This document shows, one piece after another, positions 29,102-38,100 of a stretch of 64,000 nucleotides of DNA. The position numbers were made by a program, and so were the translations under genes. Position 1 is the first letter of the stretch; the number at the start of each line of letters is the position of its first letter. A model generated the notes under the pieces. That model ran no database searches and had not been told where the DNA came from. It was given only the letters and a program-made list of their open reading frames with translations. Source of the stretch: Polyangiaceae bacterium. Lineage in GTDB: Bacteria; Myxococcota_A; Polyangia; Polyangiales; Polyangiaceae. Location of the stretch: the NCBI GenBank assembly GCA_033763455.1, contig JANRKO010000006.1:384001-448000 (forward strand), in the 5' to 3' direction.

Positions 29102-32100
29102 ATGGATTCAAATATCGTCCGCTCGCTACTCGGCACGCTTCAAGTTGATCCTGATTCCGCGGAGGCCTGGCAAAAGCTGGAGGATGCTGCCGGTCGGGTT
29201 GAAGGTGATCTGAGCCGCACGGAGCTTTTGCGCCTGATGGACGCCGCCCGCCTTCGCCACAGCGAGAGGGGCGAATGGGATGCAGTGGCCGCCTTGTTAC
29301 GCTTGCAAACACAGGTAGCAGTAGGGCTTCCCCAAGAAGCCGATCTGGTGATGGCCCTGGCTCGCGTCCAGAGCGAGCAACTCTTCGACGATGGCTTGGC
29401 CACAGCCGCTTTTCAGCGCTTTCTGGAGCTAAGCCCAGGCGATAAAACGGCTTCGACAGCCATTGAAGATGCTCGCTCAAAGGGGGTGCGGTGGGCTGAG
29501 TTAGTTCAGGGCTACCTATCTGAGGCAGAGCAGGCCCCCGACGATGTCTACGCAAGTTCGATGTTTATGCGTGCGGCGGAGATGGAGTTTCGCTTTGCAG
29601 GCGATGCTGCAGATTTGGGAGCAGCCGCCGAGAGGTTGGAGCGCGCTGTGCGGCTCGACGCCGCCAATGAGCGGGCCGGCCACCTTCTAGAGCGTATCTA
29701 CCGGAAGCAGAAGAAATGGGATGAGGTAGCGCGCGTTCTGGAGCGTATGGCCGACCGCGGCCCTACCGAGCAAAGCCGAGCCAGTTCGGGTATTCGATTA
29801 GCACGGCTCTACGCAAAGTGGCTCGAAGATACGGAGCGCGCCGCTCAGGCCTACGAACGCGTGTTGCGGAGTGATCCGATCAACGCTGAGGCCATGGAGT
29901 TTCTCTCGGGATTCTACTCGGCCGAGAGCCGTTGGGACGATTTGGTTCGGCTGTACGAAAACGAGCTGAAGCAAAAAGAGGCCAACAGCCCCGATCGCCT
30001 TGGGGATTGTCTGCAGATTGCGATCATCCATTGGCGCAAGCGTGAGAACCTGGAAGACGCGGAGCTCTGGTTTGACCGTGTGTTAAAGCTTGAGCCAGCA
30101 CACGCCGGAGCGTTGGAGTTCTACCGAGCCTATTCTGCAGCCAAGGGCGATGAGGGGAAGCTGCTTGAAATCCTTCAGAATGCTCAGCGTGGGATCCCGG
30201 ATGCGAACAAACGAGCCGAGCTCTCGCAGGAAATTGCAGAATTGGCGGAGGGTCAGGAGAATGCCCAGAAAGCGATTGAGCAGTATCGCAATATCTTGCG
30301 CAGCCGCCCTGATGACGAACCCGCTCGCACAGCGCTGAAACGTCTGTACCGGCAGACACAAGGATACAATGCTTTGGTTGAGTTACTGCGGCAGGAGCTG
30401 GAGCGCACGCCGGCCGACAACGCAGCGGCGCGCCTTGCTATTTTGCGGGAGGTGGCTTCTGTTTATCGCGAGCACCTTCGGAGCGACACGGCGCTCGTGC
30501 CGATCCTTAACCAAATTGTTCATTTGGATGAGAAGCTGGATCAAAACGACGTCGTTGAGGTACGGGAATTGGTGCAGCTTTACGAGAAGCTCTCGCGGTG
30601 GCGCGATCTGCTCACGACACAGCTACTCTTGGCGGACATCACGCCGGATGTTGAGGAGAAGAAGATGCTCCTCCGCGCGGCCGCACGCCGCTGGCTCGAT
30701 CAGTTCTCCAACGTTCAGCAGGCCACCGATGCGTATGCCGCGCTCCTGAAGCTCGACCCTTCGGATCCTGAAGCTCGGGAGCGCCTTGAAGAGCTGTACC
30801 GCAAGCGCCGCGCTTGGCCGGAGCTCTTTGAACTTTATGCGGGCGAAGTTGAGGGCGCTACGGGTGAACGCCGCCTCTCGCTGCAGCAAGAAATGGCGAG
30901 GCTCGCGGCGGAGCGGCTTCAGAAGCCAGCCGAGGCCATCAAGCTCTACACGACCATCCTCGCAGCTGATCCCACTCGCCTTAGCATTTTGGACGCGCTC
31001 GAACGCATTGCGGAAAAGGCGCGAGATTTCGAGAGCCTTGCGGGTGCGGTGGAGCGGCGCGTTCTGCTCACTACGGATACGGCCGAAAAGTTGGTTCAAC
31101 TTCAGAAGCTGGGCGGTGTCTACTCCGAGCACCTCAAAGACGAAGAGCGAGCGCTATCAGCATGGCAGCGTGTGCTGGAGCTTGCACCGGGGCAGGCGCG
31201 AGCATTGCGGGTGCTTCGCGACTCCTATTTGAATCGCGGGGACTACGCTGGTCTTGAAGCCCTATACGAATCGCAGAACGACTGGGAGGGCCTGGCTGAG
31301 GTACTCAGCAACGCAGGCGATCGCGCCAAAGACGATGCCGCCAAGATCGATTTGAGCTACCGAGCGGCGCGCGTTTACGCCGAAAAATTGGGGCAAGCGG
31401 ATCGGGCGTTCCGCTCTTACGAGCGCATCCTTAGCGTGAATCCCAAAGATCAGCGCGCGATCATGGCGCTTATTCCTCTGTACGAAGAAGATGAGAAATG
31501 GGCCCGCTTGCCGGCACTCTACGAGGGACTGATCGCTCTTTCGTCGTCCGTCTCAGAACAGCTGGCGCTCTACCGCAAGTTGATCGAGGTCAGCCAGAAG
31601 AAGCTTTCGGACAAGCAGGCTACCGTCGAATACTCTAAGCGAGCTTACGAGCTTGCACCCGACGACCCGAGCTTGCTGGAAGGGTTCGAGGCTGCGTGCC
31701 GGGCTGTGGGGAATTTCCAGCCCTATGTGCAGAGCTTGGAGCTCCAGCTCGCCGCCCTCCCAGAGGAGGAAGCCGCACCGGAAGGCCAAAAGAAGCGCTC
31801 TAAGAAGAAGAAGAAGGTGGAGGTCGACGATGACCAAGAAACAGTGAAGCTGGTGCCTTCACCGAGACGCGGCCTGGAGATGCGCCTCGCCCAAATTTAC
31901 GCCCAGGAGTTGGGGCGTCCAGAAGAGGCTGTACGTGTTTACAAGCAATTGACGGTAAGGCAGCCCAATGACATTGCTGTTGGTTTCGCGTTCGAGCACC
32001 TGCTACGCAAGGAGCAGCGCTGGGAAGATCTTCGCTGGTTGCTCGAAACTCGCATTGACAATGCGCACTCTGACGAGAAGCGGGTAACGTTGCTGCTAGG

Positions 32101-35100
32101 GTGGGCGGAGCTTGAAGAAAACACCCTGGCTGATGTGCCCCAGGCAATTGCTAAGTTTCGTCGTGTGCTCGAATTGGCCCCGACAAATCCCGTGGCACTG
32201 GCCCGCCTTCCTGGGCTGTTGTTGAAAGAAGGGGATGCTGCGGGCGCCGCTTCAGTGATGGAAGCCGGGCTAGCACAACTTTCGGGGGATGACCGTGCAG
32301 GGGCCTTGATCACGCTGGCCCGCCTTTACGATGCACCCCTCAATCAGCCAGGGCTTGCACTCGAAAGATCTAGAGAGGCGCTCACTTCAAGCGTGTGGCG
32401 CGCTCAGGCTATCTCCGTACTCGAAGCCTTGCTGTTAAAGGACAGCGTTCGCGTTCAGGTGGCGCAGGTCTTGGCTGAGCAGTATCGCGAGGTGGGGCAA
32501 GGGCAGGACGAAGTACGGGTGCTATTGCTGCTTGAGGCTGAGGCCAAGGAGCCCAGGGCTAAGCTTCAGTTCCTAGAACGGATTGCCGACGTATATCAAA
32601 CCAATCTGTCATCCGCCGGGCGTGCTCTGGATGTCGTATTGCGCGGTATCCGACAGTTCCCCGAGGAGCTGAATCTGTGGGATCGCGCCGAAGAGCTGGC
32701 TCGCTTAGCTAGCCGTCCGACGGATCTTGCGGAGGTGTTCCGAGAAGTACTGAGCTCTGAACTTCCGCCCGCGCTAGTTGCAGAGTTGTGCGGTCGCGCC
32801 GCACGGCTCTACGAAGATCGCTTGGGTGATCCCATTGGCGCTACGCCTTATCTAGAACGCGTGCTTGAGCAAAATCCGGGGGACGAGGCCGCCTTTCAAC
32901 GACTTAAAGATATCCTCACGGCAGCAGAACGTTGGAGCGAGTTAGAGTCCTTTTATGGTCGAGCTTCCGAAGGTACTCTGGACCCGATTCGACGCGTCGA
33001 GATGCAGGTCGAGGTGGCATTGATCTGTGAGGAGATCCTCGAAAATCCCGAACGCGCGATCCACTATTACGAGCGGATCTTGGCAACAGAGCCATCGCAC
33101 CCGGCTGCCACGGACGCACTTTTGCGTTTGTACGAGAAGCTCGATCGCAAGCGACCGCTCGCCGAACTCTTGGAAAAGCGTTTGGAGGTCGCTCTAGGCG
33201 ACCACATCTTGAGTATCAAAAACAAGCTGGCACGGCTGAAGCTGGACCTTTTGGAGCCAGAGCAAGCGATTGGGTACGTAGAGGACGTACTCTCGGCTGA
33301 CCCTCAAGACTACGTGGCGCGGGAGTTGGCCGAACGGATGCTGGAAATTGGAGGTTTGCGCGCACGCGCAGCTCGCCAACTCGAAGCCGCTTACGAGGGG
33401 AGGCACGAAATGCGTCTGCTCGATAAGGTGCTCGGAATTCGCCTTGAAGATCTGAGGAAACGTGAGGAAACGGCCGCCGATAGAGACGAGCTCGTGGCGG
33501 AGCGCCGCGAGCTTTTGCTGCGAGTGGCTGAACTCCGGGACGAAAAGCTCCACGACGATCCAGGCGCGCTTCGGTGCCTCGCGGAGTTAGTGCCACTCTC
33601 TCCCCTCGACGAAGTTTCACGGGATCGGTTGCTGGAAGTCGGCCAACGGCTTGGTGCGCACGCCGAGGTTGCTCGTGTACTGATTGAAGCGGCGCGCGCG
33701 GCCGTTCCGTTGAGTGTACGAGGGGAAATCCTGTTGCAGGCGGCACGGCTGTTTGAAGACGTGTTGAACGATGAGGCGAAAGCAGCCGAAACCTACCGTG
33801 AGGTGCTTGCGCTCGACGAGGCAGATGGTGAGCTGGTGTTGCGTGCAGCACGTGCGCTGGAGCCAATTTACACACGTGTGTCTGATTTTATGCGCTTGGC
33901 CGATATCTATCGGCTGATTATCAAACACGAGGTGGACGGTGCTGTGCGTGTGGCCTACCTGGGGAAGTTGGGTCAGCTTTTGGCAGCTGAGCTGAAGGAT
34001 CCCCGCGGTTCGATCTTGGCCTGGAAAGCGCGCCTGGAGGAGGAGCCGGAGGATAGCGAGGCCTTGATCGCGCTCGACTCGCTGTTTTTGGGGTTAGAGG
34101 AATGGGCCAGCCTGGTGGAAGTGTTGGAGCGGCGAAGGCAACTTGCCGACAACTCAGCGGAGGGTAAAGGTTTGCTGGGCCGCATAGCAGCTATCTATCG
34201 CGATCATTTGCGTTCGGTGCCTGAGGCCATTGAGAGTTACCGGCGGTTAAATGAACAGTTCGGCGCCTCTGTAGAAGTGTTGACGGCACTCGAAGCGCTG
34301 TTTGAACAGGCCGCACGTTGGGAAGACTTGAGCGAGGCGCTTGAGCAGCACCTGGGACTTGTCGAAACCAACGACGAACGTCTCAGCTTGCTGGGGCGCC
34401 TCGGGGCAGTAAAGCATCAGCACCTGCACGATGCCGAGGGCGCGATAGAGACGTATCGGCGAGCTCTCGCGATCGATGCGACGCATGCCCCGAGTCAGAG
34501 AGCACTCGCATTTTTCCTGACCTCCGAAGACCCCGCAACACGACGCGAAGCCGCTCAGACACTTCAACCGATCTACGCGGCCGCGGGGAATCACGAAGAG
34601 CACCTTCGTGCTGTCGAGATCCAGCTCGAAACGAGCGACGACCCTTTCGTCAAGTTGGAGAAGTTGCACCAGGCGTTGGCCATTGCCGAGGGGCCTCTTT
34701 CGGATCCATCACGTGCCCTGGCCTTCGTAAAGGCGGCGGTTAGGCTGGCTACTGGCTCTTCGGAGCTGGAAGTTTGGCTTGCGCATCTTGATAGGTTAAC
34801 TACAATGCTGTCGCTGCACGCCGATCATGTTGCGTTGCTGAGCGAGATAGCGCCTGACGTGCTCGATGGTGACGTTCAGTTGAGCGTCTATTTTAAGGTG
34901 GCTGCGGTTGCTCGGCTTGAGCTCAAAGACAATGCTCTCGCGCAGGAATACTACGAAAAGGTGCTCACAGATCGTCCAGACGATCGGCGGGCACTCAGTG
35001 AGCTTGAGACGTTGTTTGAGGAGCTTGGGCGCACGGACAAGCTTCTCGAAGTGATGGATCGCCGTATTGACGCGGCCGACGGTGAAGCTGAGCAGAAGCG

Positions 35101-38100
35101 CTTTCTTTATCGCAAGGCGCAGTTGCTCGCTGGGCCTCAGAAAGACGCAAGGGGGGCTATCGTAGCCTACCAGCGCATTTTAGAGATCGCATTTGAAGCA
35201 GAGGCTCTCGTAGCGCTTGAGAAGCTGCTTGAAGGTTTGGAGGAGTGGGGGGATTTGATTGAGCTCTATCAGCGGCAAATTGACGCAGGGGGCAATTCCA
35301 GATCCGAGTTGCGCGTTAAGCTTGCGCGAGTGCTGAGCGAGCACCAGGGTGACTTCGCGCGGGCCTTTGACGAGCTTGAGACGGCGCTCGAAGAATCCCC
35401 CCAACCAGCGGCTGCCGTCTTGGAACTTGAGCGAATGTTAGCGCACGGCAAGGAAGCGGCTGAGCGGGCTCGTGCGGGCGAGATCTTGGAGCCCATCTAC
35501 CTTAAACGCGCCGCTTACGATGACGTGATGCGCGCGCTCACTGCCCGGCTGGATTACGCTTCCGACGCTGAAGAAAGGCGGTCGCTGTTGACTCGTCTGG
35601 CCAAGCTCTATGAGGAGCAAAAGGAGGATTACTCCGCGGCACTTGAGACGATCGCTCGCTTGCTACCCGATAGCCTCGACGACGAAAGCGTGATCGCGGA
35701 GCTTGAGCGGCTAACCAAAGTGGCAGGCGCGGAGGCGCGGCTCGCTGAAATTTACGCCACTGAGTTGGAACGCCACGGGAGCGATGATGCTTCGACCTCG
35801 AAGCTTTCTCGGCGCACCGGCGAGCTCTTTGCCGCGCAAGGCAAGCCTGCTCGTGCACTCGAATTTTACCGGAGGGCGCTGGATTTTGAGCCCGATAGTC
35901 GCGAGCTCTTTGCCAGAGTGGACAGCTTGTTGGAAAAGACTGGCCAGGTTGCGGAGCGCGTGGCGCTGTACCGAGCGGCGCTTGAGTATCGTTACGACAC
36001 TGCCGAGCGAGTTTCGGCGCTGCATACTATTGCACGTCTGCAAGAGGGCCCGCTCGCAGATCCTGGTGCTGCCATCCTGACGTTTTGCGAAGCACTGAAC
36101 GAAGACGAACGGGATCCAGTTGCGCTTTCGGCTCTGGCTACGCTCTATCGTTCCGCCTCACGCTTTGAAGATTTGGCGGCCCTGTACGAGCGTCAAGCGG
36201 AGGCTCAGGATGGCAAGGGAGAGGCCCAATATCGGCTGCTCTTGGCGGAGATTTATGGCGACGAGCTCAAGGACTTTACTCAAGCAATTGATCAGCTGGA
36301 AGCTGTGATTGCGCTCGAGCCCACCAACGAAGCGGCACTTGCCTTGTTGGAAAAGCACCGCGCACTGCCCGAACAGAAGCTGCGAATCGTAGAAATATTG
36401 AGGCCGCTGTACGAGGCGAAAGACGATTGGCGCCGCCTGATAAAGCTCAACGAAGACCGATTTCAATTGTCAGAAGATCGGCTCGACCAGGTCAGTATAT
36501 TGCGAGAAACAGCAGAGCTTTGGCACAAAAGGGGCCGAGACCTCGAAAAGGCGCGGCGCGCCTTGGAGGAGGCGGTGGCTCTTGACCCAGAAGATGGTTC
36601 CTTGCGCGCCGACTACGAGAGCCTCGTGGCAGAGGCGGGCGCTTGGGAAGCTCTCACGGTGTTCTACGAGAGCCTATTGGAACAATCCCCCAACATGGCC
36701 GACAGTCGCGAGTTGCTTCTAACACTGGCCAAGACGCACGATCAGAAACGTGATGACGCGCGAGCGGCACTGGATGCGTACTCACGCCTTCACCGCGCGG
36801 ACCCAGGCGATAGCGAGCCCCTGGCGCGAATGGAGGAGCTGGCGGTGCTCCTGGGCGATTGGCCAAGGCTCGTTGAGGTGTTGTTGGCGAAAGCTGAACT
36901 CGCCTTGTCGGACGAGGAACGCGCGGGAGCCCTCAGGTACGTAGGTGAGGTGCGGCGCGACATGCTTTCCGATCGCACGGGAGCTTCACGTGCCTATGAG
37001 GACGCTCTTGATATCGACCCAGGTCATGCTTTCACCCTTGATTGCCTCATTGAGCTGTATGAAACCGCCTCAAATCGAGTTCGGCTCGTCGAGCTGTACG
37101 AACAACGCGTACAGGTTACCGACGACGACGATGAGCTCCGTTATCAGCTGCTGCGTAGCGCAGCCGCTGCATACGAGAAGGATCTGGCGGAGAACGGCCG
37201 CGCGGTGGATACGCTTGAGAGAGCGCTCTTGGTAAAGCCCAACGACCCTGAGGCGCTTTCGGAGGTCCAGCGGCTTTACGAGGTAGAGCAACGTTATGGC
37301 GATTTACTGGAAAGCCTAAAAGGGCAGGCCGAATCGACGACGGATCCGAGCAAACGGCGCTCGCTGAACCAACGGATCGCCAAGCTTCTGGCAGTAGAGC
37401 TGGGGAATTTTGACGAGGCGCTGGATGCCTATGCAGGCGTGCTGCGTGAAGACCCAACGGACACGGCTGCCCAGCTTGCCGTGGCGGAGATTGCCACCAA
37501 CAATGATCTGCATCGGCAGCGTGCTGCCGAAATTCTACTTCCGGTACTGAGGAGCCAGGGGCAACACGCGCAACTAGTCTCGATGCTTGAGCTGTGCCTA
37601 GCGGTAGCCTCCGAGCCCAGTGAACGCGTGCAGCTACTCCGGGAAATTGCGCAAGTGGAGGAGGTTTCCCTCCGGCAACCAGAGAGAGCGCGCGCTGCTC
37701 TGTTGCGGGCCCTGGCTGAGGAGCCGGCACTCGTGGAGCTACACACAGAGATCGAAAGGCTTTGTTCAACAAAAGCCGATTTTGGCGCTTACGCCGAGCG
37801 GCTTGAGGAACGTGCGCAGGTAACCTTCGACCCCGACATTGCGCGTGATCTCTTGTCACGCCTGGGTCGAATCGCCGAGGAGCACCTCGCGGACGATCGA
37901 CGCGCCACCTTGGCTTATGGACGAGCGATTGAGCAAGCAGGGGATCAGCCAGACCTTTTGGCCGCCCTCGACCGACTCTACACTCGGCAGGGTCGGTCCC
38001 AAGAGTTAGCCGATATCTTGGAGCGGCGAGCTCTCGTGGAGATGGACTCGATGCTGCAAGCGGAGCTCTACTGTAGGCTCGGGAAGCTCCAGATCGAGGC

